IMG/VR virus record: IMGVR_UViG_3300023296_001674
DNA length: 64,000 nucleotides
Direction: 5' to 3' (one strand)
Source: a virus
The notes under the pieces were generated by a model, which worked only from the letters and a program-made list of their open reading frames with translations, was not told the origin of the DNA and ran no database searches. The translations under genes and the position numbers were made by a program. Positions 1 to 10,063 of the stretch are shown here, piece after piece; position 1 is the first letter of the stretch; each line of letters opens with the position of its first letter.

Positions 1-110
1 AACATACATTACATATCCGCCTAGCGGAAATTTAAATCAAGGAGGTGAGCCTAGCTTACTATTCGTGATGTATGTTTCTTCTATTTTTTTGACTAAAATA
101 AAGGTAACAC

Positions 111-758
111 ATGACGAACAGAGTAGTTTTAGTAAGACACGGACAAAGCACCGGAAATGCAGACGGTAGTTTTTATAAACACAATGTAGACGCCGCTGTA
201 TGTTTAACGCAACTTGGTGTAAGCCAAGCGTTACATGCTGGTCAAAAACTTGATGAATTGCGTGGTCATTTAAAATGGCCTTGGCACGGTGTTTTAGCGT
301 TCACCTCAGAATATACAAGAGCGCAACAAACAGGTAGAATTGTTCTTGATAAAATGGGTCTTAAGCATATTGATATGACAATAACACCCGCGATAAATGA
401 ACGCATGTATGGTGATAATGACACGCCACCAGATTGGCATAAAAACGCTTATGCAGTATGTTCTAATGGTGAATCGTTATTAGCCGCACAGGCAAGATTT
501 AACGGATGGTGGGCAACGATGGAGCCTAATCTATCACAGAGAGATATCGTTTTATTTTGTCATGGTGAAATAATGAAAAGTATAACTGCGACATTACTCA
601 ATCTATCACCAACAGAATTGGTTAAAGTGTCGACACCGAATGCGGTCCCAGTTATATTTGAACGAACTGTTGATTCTTTAACGGGACGATCAACATACAA
701 TCCATCAATTCATACATTTAAACGTTATGATGATACAGCAACCGACGTAATTCATTAA
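111..758 (+). CDS. histidine phosphatase (phosphoglycerate-mutase-like) family protein
   Basis: N-terminal LVRHGQSTGN (RHG catalytic motif of branch-1 histidine phosphatases); 215 aa. Confidence 0.55.
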   Translation: MTNRVVLVRHGQSTGNADGSFYKHNVDAAVCLTQLGVSQALHAGQKLDELRGHLKWPWHGVLAFTSEYTRAQQTGRIVLDKMGLKHIDMTITPAINERMYGDNDTPPDWHKNAYAVCSNGESLLAAQARFNGWWATMEPNLSQRDIVLFCHGEIMKSITATLLNLSPTELVKVSTPNAVPVIFERTVDSLTGRSTYNPSIHTFKRYDDTATDVIH

Positions 759-767
759 GGGGGTAAC

Positions 768-977
768 ATGACAATACCAGTTGCATTATATATAAAAAAG
801 GCTGATGATGGATTTGATTTGGTCGTGAAAACATTAAATGATGGCGTTGAGCATTTTGTAAATGATAATACAATAACAACCACGACAGAAGCGTTTGAAT
901 TGTTTGAGTTTTTGAAAGATAAATCAAATGAGAATGAAAATTATGACATTCAATATGTTAGTGATAATATATTATAA
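768..977 (+). CDS. hypothetical protein
   Basis: 69-aa ORF with GGGGGT RBS-like sequence; no motif recognised. Confidence 0.3.
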   Translation: MTIPVALYIKKADDGFDLVVKTLNDGVEHFVNDNTITTTTEAFELFEFLKDKSNENENYDIQYVSDNIL

Positions 978-1523
978 GATTTTCATAACAGTTAATAACT
1001 GTATTATTCCTACGACACCTGCTTCAACACTTTCGTCATGCATTTCGTCGACTCCTTCAAATGTTAATGAAGGAATATTATGTTGATCACAAAAATATCT
1101 TAAACTGTGTTCGGGTGCAGGTTGATAATAGTGTGGCAATCCCATTAACGATGCTATATTACTGGCACATTTATTTGGGAATACTGCTATTTCGTCAAGA
1201 CCCGTTATAGGGGTGCTATGACAATCGATAACCAATTGTGATTGTTTGGTTTTCTCTTTAATTATATTGACCATATCGTCTAATTCAAGTATATTAGTTG
1301 ATTGGTCGCCATATGCACGATTTAAGTTAACTCCGTTGAATTCACGGGTTTTATCGATGAATGCAGGTCGATTGGCGATAGGTATTATATGCACCCCATT
1401 ATTTGGTGGTATTATTTTTGATAATTCTTGACATATTTCCACACCTATAGGCTCATTGCCATGTTGTCCGCCAATTATTAAACATTTAGAGGATGGTTTA
1501 TCATATAATTCAAACAGTTTCAT
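972..1523 (-). CDS. AstE/AspA-family (M14-related) zinc hydrolase-like protein
   Basis: CLIIGGQHGNEPIG zinc-binding signature of the succinylglutamate desuccinylase/aspartoacylase family; 183 aa. Confidence 0.5.
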   Translation of the reverse strand: MKLFELYDKPSSKCLIIGGQHGNEPIGVEICQELSKIIPPNNGVHIIPIANRPAFIDKTREFNGVNLNRAYGDQSTNILELDDMVNIIKEKTKQSQLVIDCHSTPITGLDEIAVFPNKCASNIASLMGLPHYYQPAPEHSLRYFCDQHNIPSLTFEGVDEMHDESVEAGVVGIIQLLTVMKIL

Positions 1524-1587
1524 ATTTATATTTATCGATTACATAAATAATAAATAATATAGGATCGTATGAAAACCGGAACAAATT

Positions 1588-2187
1588 ATGAATCAAAAAC
1601 AATTTAAAAATTATCTTAATGATGTCATCGAAGAGAAAAGCACCATTGTTGAAGATGATGCCAACAAGAAACCCGATGAAAGCGCTGTCTCCAGCAAAAT
1701 AACTCCTATTTCTTCCAAGATAAAAAATATCAAAGAAGCCAACGCAACCGTTGCGTCAGAACGGATACCAATTGAAGAAATTAAAACTGATATTGTCGAA
1801 GAAACAAAAAATATTGTTGCTGTTATCGCAGAAAATCCTGATCTTAATGAACATCAAGAACTTGGCGCTGGAACGGTGTTAATTCTTGAAGCATTAAACA
1901 AATTAATAGACAAAGTGGATGTTCTTATCAACACCGCGCCGCCTGAAATTATCGTCCCTGCACCAATAGTAAAACTTACTTTACCGGAAAGCAAGAATGT
2001 TGTTAAAAGAATTGTTCGCAATGAAGAAACTGGTTTAATAGACCATATAGTAGAATCACCAGAAGAACCACTTTTAGAACAAGTCGTTGTTACGCCAGAA
2101 AAACCAACAATTAAAAAAGCAGTGGCAAAGAAGGCACCAGTTAAGAAGGCACCTCCTAAAAAAGCAACAAAGGAAAAAAGTAAATGA
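1588..2187 (+). CDS. hypothetical protein with Lys/Ala/Pro-rich basic tail
   Basis: C-terminus KKAVAKKAPVKKAPPKKATKEKSK (histone-H1-like low complexity); otherwise no motif. Confidence 0.4.
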   Translation: MNQKQFKNYLNDVIEEKSTIVEDDANKKPDESAVSSKITPISSKIKNIKEANATVASERIPIEEIKTDIVEETKNIVAVIAENPDLNEHQELGAGTVLILEALNKLIDKVDVLINTAPPEIIVPAPIVKLTLPESKNVVKRIVRNEETGLIDHIVESPEEPLLEQVVVTPEKPTIKKAVAKKAPVKKAPPKKATKEKSK

Positions 2188-2234
2188 CCTTATTAGTACC
2201 AGATGCAGCAGAAACAATAATTTAATCCAATTTT

Positions 2235-2798
2235 TTGAATAAAACCCCATCGGAAGATTTAGTCATTAGATTATATGCTAACGATGTGACACCCGCAGAG
2301 TCCGATACAGAAGCAGATTACACAGAAGCAACTGGCGGCGGCTATGTTGATGGAACGGCAGAAGTTAATGATGATAATGTTCTTGAACTTTCGACCTTCG
2401 AATTTGTTGCTTCTGGTGGTGTAGATGTTGATGGAACTGCTGATATAGACAATACCGATATAGATAATATCAAAATACTTGACGAAGAATATATTGTCGG
2501 TGTATATCTTAACGCGAATGATCTGGTAATTGAAGAAGCATATAGCACAGAAGAAATATTGGCATTAGATGATGAATTCTTATTAAATTATCAATTGTTC
2601 GAACATTCTGATTTTGTTAAAAAAGACGAATCACAAACCATATTGCAATTCGTTGAAGAGTGTATATTGTTATACGATATGAATGATGAAAAACGTTCTG
2701 TCGTTTTAGAAGAAACATTGAATACAATTCAAATTAAAAACATTAAAAGTGCAAACGATATAGAAAACGAAATATTTGCACTTTACGAACTGCTTTAA
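2235..2798 (+). CDS. hypothetical acidic protein
   Basis: Asp/Glu-rich 187-aa ORF; start uncertain (TTG in track, no nearby in-frame ATG). Confidence 0.35.
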   Translation: MNKTPSEDLVIRLYANDVTPAESDTEADYTEATGGGYVDGTAEVNDDNVLELSTFEFVASGGVDVDGTADIDNTDIDNIKILDEEYIVGVYLNANDLVIEEAYSTEEILALDDEFLLNYQLFEHSDFVKKDESQTILQFVEECILLYDMNDEKRSVVLEETLNTIQIKNIKSANDIENEIFALYELL

Positions 2799-3017
2799 TA
2801 TATCACAAATTACATTTAAAGATTGACAATTGTGGCAACACGTGATAAAAATATCATGCGTAAGTTTCGAAGAAAACGTCGTGTATAAAATAGATTATAA
2901 GATTAGGCGCATGTAGGTACATTGGATATCGAGCGTGATATATGATTTATGTAGATGTGAAAAATTAACATAAGTTTCTTGAGCGATAAGTACTATATTT
3001 AACTATGTTACTTGAAT

Positions 3018-3065
3018 AAGTGTCCCACTAACCGTCTAATATTAGAAGAATAAAGTGGGACACTT
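3018..3065 (+). promoter_or_regulatory. 12-bp perfect inverted repeat (stem-loop) in a ~290-bp leader
   Basis: AAGTGTCCCACT-24 nt-AGTGGGACACTT; no T-tract follows, so not a simple terminator. Confidence 0.35.
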
Positions 3066-3088
3066 ATCACAATTTAAAGGAGAATAAA

Positions 3089-3292
3089 GTGTTTAATCGT
3101 AAAAAGCCACATTGTCATTATTATCGCAACGGTGAATATTTTGATCATGGTAGATATATATTCGATAAAAAACCCAATCGCGGTGATATCATAGCACCAT
3201 TTAGAAATAATGCGGGTGATATAAAATTTAGAGTATTATCAATTGAATTGGATGATGATGTGTTTAAAATAGAAATAGAAACAGTGGAGTAA
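3089..3292 (+). CDS. hypothetical small protein
   Basis: GTG start 7 nt after AAAGGAG; 67 aa; directly upstream of aspS. Confidence 0.35.
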   Translation: MFNRKKPHCHYYRNGEYFDHGRYIFDKKPNRGDIIAPFRNNAGDIKFRVLSIELDDDVFKIEIETVE

Positions 3293-3296
3293 AAAA

Positions 3297-5111
3297 ATGA
3301 TTACAAAAACAAACAAACTGCTAATTTGTAAAGCTGGTGAAGTAGTGACTATTCAGGGTTGGGTTCATAGAACACGCGACCATGGCGGACTTACTTTCAT
3401 CGATTTCCGCGATTATGAAGGATTGGTGCAGTGTGTTTTTGACAATTATGGTGGTACGGTTGATTATCATCATTTGCGGGATGAGTCTGTCGTCCGAATG
3501 ACTGGTGCTGTCAGATTGCGACCAACGGGAACGGAAAATCCTAACTTGCGTACAGGCGACATTGAGATTGAAGTTAGTGAGATAGAAATATTGAACGGCG
3601 CGGATGTGTTGCCATTTAAGGTGTTTGCTGAAGAAGAAGAATATACGCCGTCTTTGGAACAACGATTAAAATATCGTTATTTGGACTTGCGTCGTGATGA
3701 AAATCAAAAAATGTTGAAGTTGCGGTCTGATGTTCAGCATTTTATCAGAAACTACATGCATGATCAAGAATTCATAGAAGTTCAAACGCCTACCTTATCG
3801 TCGACGTCACCAGAAGGAGCAAGAGATTTTTTGATTCCGAGCAGAATACACAAAGGTCAAGTATATTCATTAATTCAATCACCACAAATTCAAAAACAAT
3901 TGCTAATGGCGAGCGGTGTAGAAAAATACTATCAATTATGTCGCTGTTGGCGCGATGAGGCGTCACGTTCTGATCGCGCACTTGAATTTACACAGTTGGA
4001 TTTAGAAATTGGATTTGGCACACAAGAAATGGTGTTTAGTTTAGTTGAACCATTGTTGACAGAGATGTTTGAATCATATGGACTAGGATGGAAGTTGAAT
4101 CAATCACCGAGATATGATGATGGCGATCATGGATTTGTGAGAATACCATATAAAGAATCAATTGAAAAATATGGCACGGATAAACCCGATCTACGGGCGA
4201 GTCTTGAAATGACCGATGTGACTATTTTATTCAAGAAGCAAGGGCCGCAATTCATTGTGGATGCTGTTGAATCAGGACAAATAGTTAAAGCAATACATCT
4301 TACGGATGCAGATGGATTAAGTGGTAAATTCTACAAAGATATTGAAAAATATGCTCAAGAGTTGGGTATGCCGGGATTGGGATATGTCAAATCTGGTTTC
4401 AGTGTAGATAATGGCGGAAACCCCGGACCATTGGCTAAAATGATGAATGCTGGACAATTGACGCAGTTAAGATCAATAGTTGGGTTTAATCCTTTATCTA
4501 GTGACACACAGGCAACCTTCCTTATGGTTGGGCATCCTAAAGCAGTAAACGCATGGGGTGCCGATTTACGGGTTGAGTTATCCAAGCGAACCAAAAACTT
4601 TGATGAAGAATCTTATGAGTTTTGTTGGATTGTAGATTTTCCATTTTTTGAAGAAAATGAAGAAACGGGAAAGATTGATTTCTCGCATAATCCATTTAGT
4701 ATGCCAAAAGGTGGCATGGAAGCATTGGAAAATAAAAATCTGTTGGATATTTTAGCTTGTCAGTATGACACGGTTCTGAACGGAATGGAAATTAACAGTG
4801 GTGGCGAACGAAACTATAATCCAGAAATTATGAAAAAAGTTTTTGAAATAGTCGGATATGATGAATCGGTAGTTGAAGAAAAGTTTCCTTCGTTGTGGGG
4901 GGCGATGAAACTTGGTCATCCCCCTTGCGCTGGTTGTGCACCGGGTATAGACCGATTGATACAATTATTGATGTTTAAAGATGGTGGGCATATAAGAGAT
5001 GTGACGGCATTTCCAATAGGTTCAAATGGGATTGATTTATTAATGGGGGCACCATCTGTGCCATCGGATGAACAAATTAAAGAGTTGGGTATTAAATTTC
5101 AGAAGAAATGA
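3297..5111 (+). CDS. aspS: aspartate--tRNA ligase, bacterial type
   Basis: 604 aa; class II motif 2 WRDEASRSDRALEFTQLD (cf. E. coli FRDEDLRADRQPEFTQID) and motif 3 GCAPGIDRLIQLL; N-terminal OB fold; bacterial insertion domain length. Confidence 0.9.
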   Translation: MITKTNKLLICKAGEVVTIQGWVHRTRDHGGLTFIDFRDYEGLVQCVFDNYGGTVDYHHLRDESVVRMTGAVRLRPTGTENPNLRTGDIEIEVSEIEILNGADVLPFKVFAEEEEYTPSLEQRLKYRYLDLRRDENQKMLKLRSDVQHFIRNYMHDQEFIEVQTPTLSSTSPEGARDFLIPSRIHKGQVYSLIQSPQIQKQLLMASGVEKYYQLCRCWRDEASRSDRALEFTQLDLEIGFGTQEMVFSLVEPLLTEMFESYGLGWKLNQSPRYDDGDHGFVRIPYKESIEKYGTDKPDLRASLEMTDVTILFKKQGPQFIVDAVESGQIVKAIHLTDADGLSGKFYKDIEKYAQELGMPGLGYVKSGFSVDNGGNPGPLAKMMNAGQLTQLRSIVGFNPLSSDTQATFLMVGHPKAVNAWGADLRVELSKRTKNFDEESYEFCWIVDFPFFEENEETGKIDFSHNPFSMPKGGMEALENKNLLDILACQYDTVLNGMEINSGGERNYNPEIMKKVFEIVGYDESVVEEKFPSLWGAMKLGHPPCAGCAPGIDRLIQLLMFKDGGHIRDVTAFPIGSNGIDLLMGAPSVPSDEQIKELGIKFQKK

Positions 5112-6102
5112 TGTCCCATTCTGATTCCCATATTTCAACTAGATTATAACCTGCATTTATTATACGCTGGCGTTTTAGTTGAGTTTCTTCGTGTAAATGA
5201 CCCATCGTTTTATGGTTTACTTTGTTTATGATATCTGGGGTATATTTATTTGGATTGCCGTGCCAATAATCGCCCCAGAATTCATATATTGTATTATCTA
5301 TAAGACCATCAACGCAAATTTTACCAGTTTTTATATTATCATTTAACGATATAACGACTTGCCTATTATTATGATTATTTGGCACCGAGATATGATCTAA
5401 CCAACTATCTTGTTTTTTCCATTTTATCTTACATAGTTTACATCCTCCTGATGATGTATCCAGCAACGATTTAGAAGCCGTAAGGATGGGCTGGTTGTGT
5501 TTTTTGCATACCAAGTTAGTTATAGGATAATGAACGCCTGTATGCGCCGCATTTGCCCAATCTAGGTTATTGTATTGTTCCATTCCAAACACTGATATGT
5601 ATCTATTTTTATATTCTTCTAATGTGATTGATTTAAATAATGATAACGATTCGTTTCCACACTTAAGACATCCACCAGTAGCAGATTTTAATAAATCTTT
5701 TGGGCAAGACATTATAGGTTCATTATGGATTTTACATATTAAATTATCAACGGATGATAACGCCCCGTTATATGATGAATCGCACCAATTTAATTTATCG
5801 TGTTTATATATGCCGAATATTTTTATATATTCATTTCGAAATATAATAAGTGATTTTTTATTGGGATTGCAGTTGGATTTATGTTCAGTTATGCATTGGG
5901 GGCAACCACCATTGCCATTATATATCAAATTGTTGGCATGCTGTGAAACTAATTGATTGTGTATTATACATAGTAAATTGTTTATTGGTTTATGTATACT
6001 AATATATTCAGCATTTGACCAATTTAGATTATCAAATTTGTTTTGACCATGCTTTTTAATATAACGTTCTTTTATTGTGTTTAGGTTTATATTTCTTGAC
6101 AT
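5092..6102 (-). CDS. Vsr/DUF559-type homing endonuclease with three tandem Cys-containing repeats
   Basis: C-terminal EFWGDYWHGNP...RQRIINAGYNLVEIWESEW (DUF559/Vsr-like nuclease fold); three ~100-aa N-terminal repeats each with KHNQPI/KIHNEPI + GGCxxC; 3' end overlaps aspS 3' end convergently by 20 nt. Confidence 0.55.
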   Translation of the reverse strand: MSRNINLNTIKERYIKKHGQNKFDNLNWSNAEYISIHKPINNLLCIIHNQLVSQHANNLIYNGNGGCPQCITEHKSNCNPNKKSLIIFRNEYIKIFGIYKHDKLNWCDSSYNGALSSVDNLICKIHNEPIMSCPKDLLKSATGGCLKCGNESLSLFKSITLEEYKNRYISVFGMEQYNNLDWANAAHTGVHYPITNLVCKKHNQPILTASKSLLDTSSGGCKLCKIKWKKQDSWLDHISVPNNHNNRQVVISLNDNIKTGKICVDGLIDNTIYEFWGDYWHGNPNKYTPDIINKVNHKTMGHLHEETQLKRQRIINAGYNLVEIWESEWDIISSEI

Positions 6103-6228
6103 TATTGCTTCCTTGCTTTACTATATAAATAGTTTTGGGGACACCAGTTACTTCCTTGCAACTGCTGTTTAGATGTCCTACCATCTAAACTTACCCTATA
6201 TCTATTTATCAATAAAATTGGAAATCAA

Positions 6229-6735
6229 ATGCTTAAATTAATGGAACAAATTGAAAACTTCAACGATCCACGTAAAGATGGGTTGTTGAAGTTCCATCAA
6301 GATAATATGGATTTTGTTAATACCGCAAAAGGGTCTTCGCATAACCATCAGGCATGGGAAGGTGGATATAAAGATCATATTGCTGAAACCTTGCGTATTG
6401 CTGATGTCGTTTATGCTGGAATGTCGCAAATACGTGAAATGCCATTTGAACTTGATTCGGGCAAAATTTGTTTATTATTGCACGATATTGAGAAAATATG
6501 GAAATATTCAACGGGTGAAGATATCAATAAACAGTCTTGGTATACTAATATCTTACCAACAGTTTATAAAGTTGAATTGACCGATGATGAAATGAATGCA
6601 TTAGAATATACACATGGCGAAGTTGACGATCACTCTAAAACAGAGAGAAAAATGGGTCGACTAGCAGCATTTGTTCATGCTTGTGATTGTATGTCAGCAA
6701 GATTGTGGCACGATGAAGGTAAAGGATTGGGCTAA
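6229..6735 (+). CDS. HD-domain phosphohydrolase-like protein
   Basis: SHNHQAWEGGYKDHIAE (His) followed by ICLLLHDIEK (HD dyad). Confidence 0.45.
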   Translation: MLKLMEQIENFNDPRKDGLLKFHQDNMDFVNTAKGSSHNHQAWEGGYKDHIAETLRIADVVYAGMSQIREMPFELDSGKICLLLHDIEKIWKYSTGEDINKQSWYTNILPTVYKVELTDDEMNALEYTHGEVDDHSKTERKMGRLAAFVHACDCMSARLWHDEGKGLG

Positions 6736-6838
6736 ATAAAAACATAGGCGGTAGGATAAGTGCTCCACACATGGTGGTAATGATTATTTAATCGGCAATA
6801 TGCTATACCCAGCGCCCGTTGATGCGTGGTAACAGAAA

Positions 6839-7267
6839 TCAACTACTTTCTAATTTTGCTACTTCTGATTCCCAATCGATGGGAAGTATTTCACGAATAT
6901 GGCTATATTTAAATTTTATAATATGTTTTGCTGGATCGCTGTCGCCATAATCGAAATCAAGTTTGTGCTCTATGCATTCACTTGATACAAGTTCAATTGA
7001 GCAATATGGATTGGATGAACTAGCGAGTGGTTCTACATATATTGGTAATGTGTTTTTGACTATGAAATTAACCACATTAATCATCGATAGTTCTACTGAT
7101 TGTCTAATGGTTACATCAAATGTTTTATTTTTCATGTCGATTGAGCATTTTTCAATATTTCGTGTAATACATGCTTGATCTTTGTAAAATATAGCATGAC
7201 CAAAAATCACACGAAATTGATATTTAAGAACAGGCATCATCATGCCTTGTTTTTCTTTTTTTGTCAT
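6839..7267 (-). CDS. hypothetical protein
   Basis: 142-aa non-repetitive ORF with AGGA SD; the overlapping + ORFs look spurious. Confidence 0.4.
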   Translation of the reverse strand: MTKKEKQGMMMPVLKYQFRVIFGHAIFYKDQACITRNIEKCSIDMKNKTFDVTIRQSVELSMINVVNFIVKNTLPIYVEPLASSSNPYCSIELVSSECIEHKLDFDYGDSDPAKHIIKFKYSHIREILPIDWESEVAKLESS

Positions 7268-7328
7268 TATTAATTCCTATAAAGATGAGGGGGTATAATA
7301 ATATTTATACTATAAATTAAGTGTGGTT

Positions 7329-7784
7329 TTAAAGGGTTTCGTCGGATTTATTTTTTTCACGCGATCCCTGTGATAACAAATCAAATAATGCTTCTTTGTT
7401 TGCTTTTTTTAGGTCATTGTCGACCATATATGATTTATAATCTTTTATGATTTTTTGTACTGCTTGTTTATCACCAGTATGCAATGCTGTTTTATATGCA
7501 TCATATATATCATCGCGATTTACTTTTTCTAAATTGTACTCAGTTCTTATTATATTTCTTAATCGAACGTCGTCTGGAAGGTTTCTGCCGACACCACGAC
7601 CACGTTCGTTTTTGTCCCATGTTTTACCAGCATACTTTTTTAACGCTGCTTTGGCGTCGGGTCCGCCAGCCCCCACAATGCCAGCATTTGCTGCATTTGC
7701 GGTATTTGCAATACCTTTGCCGACGTTTTTTGCAATATCTGCAACGCCTTCATCTATATTTTCAAATAGTTCTATAAGTTTCAT
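7329..7784 (-). CDS. hypothetical Gly/Ala-rich protein
   Basis: 151-aa ORF; the overlapping + frame (N-terminal part of track ORF 7447..8088) is low-complexity junk. Confidence 0.4.
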   Translation of the reverse strand: MKLIELFENIDEGVADIAKNVGKGIANTANAANAGIVGAGGPDAKAALKKYAGKTWDKNERGRGVGRNLPDDVRLRNIIRTEYNLEKVNRDDIYDAYKTALHTGDKQAVQKIIKDYKSYMVDNDLKKANKEALFDLLSQGSREKNKSDETL

Positions 7785-7806
7785 ACTATTATTTATAAAT
7801 AACTAC

Positions 7807-8088
7807 ATGAGAGCAAAAGAATTTATAACAGAATACATCGGTGATTTGAGTGATTGGGTAATATTATCCAAAAATGCTATATTGTCGAGAATTGCAAAGG
7901 GTGAAATACCCAATAATCCAGATTCCATAAAGAAAGCCGCTATGGATTTGGCTTCACGTATAAAAGATTCCAATGGTGATCCAATACAAGATGTAAGTCC
8001 TGAAATGCTTGCTGCCGAAGTAGAACGTCAGATTGAATATGATAATTTGTATGACAATTCTCATCTGGGTGGAAAAATACCACAATAA
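7807..8088 (+). CDS. hypothetical protein, MRA(K/H)E(F/I)I N-terminal family (paralog 1)
   Basis: ATG at 7807 begins MRAKEFITEY; shares 5' codon block with ORFs at 11051 and 59975; the track ORF from 7447 is a spurious upstream extension. Confidence 0.45.
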   Translation: MRAKEFITEYIGDLSDWVILSKNAILSRIAKGEIPNNPDSIKKAAMDLASRIKDSNGDPIQDVSPEMLAAEVERQIEYDNLYDNSHLGGKIPQ

Positions 8089-8152
8089 CTATTGACACGT
8101 ATATATAACGTGTTATTATCATAAACTATTATATCGAACAAGGAGAAGTATT

Positions 8153-8581
8153 ATGGCCTTACTTAAGGGTACTGGTGTTCTTGTATACGATCCTCCTCGT
8201 CCGGGTATGAAAAATACTGATTGGTGGATTGTAGTGAACACCGATAATGAAATTTGCCGCTACTATCGTTGGTGGGTTTGGAAACGGTACATGATCGTTC
8301 TGAACCAGCCTTCTTGGGGTGCACACATTTCCGTTCTTCGTGGTGGTAAGCCACGCGAGGACAAAATTCATTTGTGGAAAAAGTATCAAGGTGAAAAAAT
8401 TGATTTTGAATATTCACCAAACATTCATCAACAGGGTGATGACACTGGTGATTTAGGACCACACTGGTTTGTTGATGCATGGTCTGAGCGTCTTAGCGAC
8501 ATTCGCGAAGAACTTGGTTTCACAAACGAATTTGGTGGGAAAAAGATTAAGTATCACCTAACTTGTGGGCGTACCAACTAG
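8153..8581 (+). CDS. hypothetical protein
   Basis: AAGGAG SD; 142 aa, Trp-rich; no motif recognised. Confidence 0.45.
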   Translation: MALLKGTGVLVYDPPRPGMKNTDWWIVVNTDNEICRYYRWWVWKRYMIVLNQPSWGAHISVLRGGKPREDKIHLWKKYQGEKIDFEYSPNIHQQGDDTGDLGPHWFVDAWSERLSDIREELGFTNEFGGKKIKYHLTCGRTN

Positions 8582-8595
8582 GTACGTCCTTTTTT
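8570..8595 (+). terminator. intrinsic terminator
   Basis: CGTACC-aacta-GGTACG stem followed by TCCTTTTTTC. Confidence 0.5.
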
Positions 8596-8596
8596 C

Positions 8597-8624
8597 TTGA
8601 CTTAATTTAATATGAGTGTATAAT
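8597..8624 (+). promoter_or_regulatory. sigma70-type promoter for tRNA-Cys
   Basis: TTGACT-16 nt-TATAAT ending ~9 nt before the mature tRNA 5' end. Confidence 0.55.
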
Positions 8625-8633
8625 ATATTTAAT

Positions 8634-8709
8634 GTCGTGGTGGCGAAATTGGTAACGCGATGGCTTGCAAAGATATTTATTGGGTGTTCGAGTCACCCCC
8701 ACGACTCCA
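8634..8709 (+). tRNA. tRNA-Cys (GCA), CCA encoded
   Basis: 7-bp acceptor GTCGTGG/CCACGAC; D arm with GG; anticodon loop TTGCAAA (U33, GCA, A37); T arm GGGTG-TTCGAGT-CACCC; discriminator U73 as in bacterial tRNA-Cys; 76 nt. Confidence 0.8.
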
Positions 8710-8728
8710 AATTTTAAAGGAGATATTC

Positions 8729-9553
8729 ATGAGTAACGTTATTGGTGGGCAACAACGGGTTAGATTAATATTTGATAAACGTGCGTCAAATGTTCTATTT
8801 GCGAAAGGTCAAAAACGATTATTCAGTGAACCAAATGGCACTAATCTTATGTTGACTCCTATTATGGGCGGTGGCATCGAAAAAGCAGGTCGCCGTGGTA
8901 GTAATAAAAACGGTAAAGTCAATATGGGTGATGAGATATTTCACGATAAAAAAACTGATTGTGCAGAAACTGTTTTATATTATGGAACAAAAGATGCAAT
9001 GAATTACTATCCTGTTCGGGGACAAGCGCAAATCTATCGATCTGGTTATCAATATTATATTGATGAAGTCGATAAATCAAAATATGCGGAATTTGGAAAA
9101 GTAACCATTGATTATATTGACGCGTTCGATGAGGATGATATTGAAAAATTAAGTTTCGACTTCAATACACCCGCATCGAATAAATATTTTTCTGATATTT
9201 TAAGAAATCGCGCAAATGGCGTAGTTGAACCGGGTCGTATGGCATTATTTTTATATAACGGCAAACCAGCAATTAATTTTTCACCAACTGGTAATGCCAT
9301 GGCGTTTGCCAAGGTATGGGCAAAAGGACCAGGTACGGTAAAGGGTGATTTCCATAAAGATGTTGTTAGAAATTTAAAACTTATCCCTGGATCGAGATAT
9401 AAATTCATCGTTGATGCTTATGATGCTTATGATGCTGATATTGTGTATTTGGAATATTTGTCGGAAGTTACTCATTTTGCACAAGTTGAGAAGTATGATT
9501 TTCCAGTTGTGACTGCATCCATTGTTCGTAAAAAAGGCGATTCTTGGGAGTAA
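8729..9553 (+). CDS. hypothetical protein
   Basis: ATG at 8729 after AAAGGAG; the track ORF from 8660 would read through the tRNA and is rejected. Confidence 0.45.
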   Translation: MSNVIGGQQRVRLIFDKRASNVLFAKGQKRLFSEPNGTNLMLTPIMGGGIEKAGRRGSNKNGKVNMGDEIFHDKKTDCAETVLYYGTKDAMNYYPVRGQAQIYRSGYQYYIDEVDKSKYAEFGKVTIDYIDAFDEDDIEKLSFDFNTPASNKYFSDILRNRANGVVEPGRMALFLYNGKPAINFSPTGNAMAFAKVWAKGPGTVKGDFHKDVVRNLKLIPGSRYKFIVDAYDAYDADIVYLEYLSEVTHFAQVEKYDFPVVTASIVRKKGDSWE

Positions 9554-9561
9554 TAGAGTTT

Positions 9562-9990
9562 TTATGCTTGTAGTAAGTGTTTTTCTTGCATAAATTCAAT
9601 AAATTTCATATCGGTTTTTTTAACATGTTCTTCGACGACTAATGCGAACGATGTTAAGACTTCAATGTGTGATAAAGGGTCATTTGGGTCATTTGCGACA
9701 CTTAATAGCATATCAGTCATAATTTTCATGTATTTAGCATGTTCAATTATGTGTTCATTAGCATATGGATATTTTTGTTTTTTCATGTATATATTTTCAT
9801 CATGAAAGTGTATAAGCATAAAATCTATGAGATATAGTGCTTGTTCTTTGATTGTCGCATGATCTTTATCGTCGGCGAGACATTCCACTAGAATATTATA
9901 TCTGTTAAATATTTCTTTGTGTGCATCATCGGTTGATTTATCGAAGCACGTTAGAGTGTCGTCCCATTTAATCATTTGATAGTTTTCCAT
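9562..9990 (-). CDS. hemerythrin-like metal-binding protein (tentative)
   Basis: H..E / HF..E / H...H spacing (LIHFHDENIYM, HIIEHAKYM) resembling the hemerythrin HHE cation-binding domain. Confidence 0.3.
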   Translation of the reverse strand: MENYQMIKWDDTLTCFDKSTDDAHKEIFNRYNILVECLADDKDHATIKEQALYLIDFMLIHFHDENIYMKKQKYPYANEHIIEHAKYMKIMTDMLLSVANDPNDPLSHIEVLTSFALVVEEHVKKTDMKFIEFMQEKHLLQA

Positions 9991-10008
9991 AGTGCTATAG
10001 TTTATTTA

Positions 10009-10037
10009 TTGACATATATAAATAGATTTGTTATAAT
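10009..10037 (+). promoter_or_regulatory. consensus sigma70 promoter
   Basis: TTGACA-17 nt-TATAAT, then AGAGGAG SD and ATG at 10064. Confidence 0.55.
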
Positions 10038-10063
10038 TATTTATTAAAAGAGGAGAAATTAAT

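Noticed and set aside
7447-8088. Track ORFs with long upstream extensions (7447, 8660, 11000, 30686, 46594, 56712, 59571 and similar)
   Set aside because: The extensions lack RBSs, overlap upstream genes or the tRNA, and translate to low-complexity sequence; internal ATG/GTG codons with SD sequences give the supported starts used above
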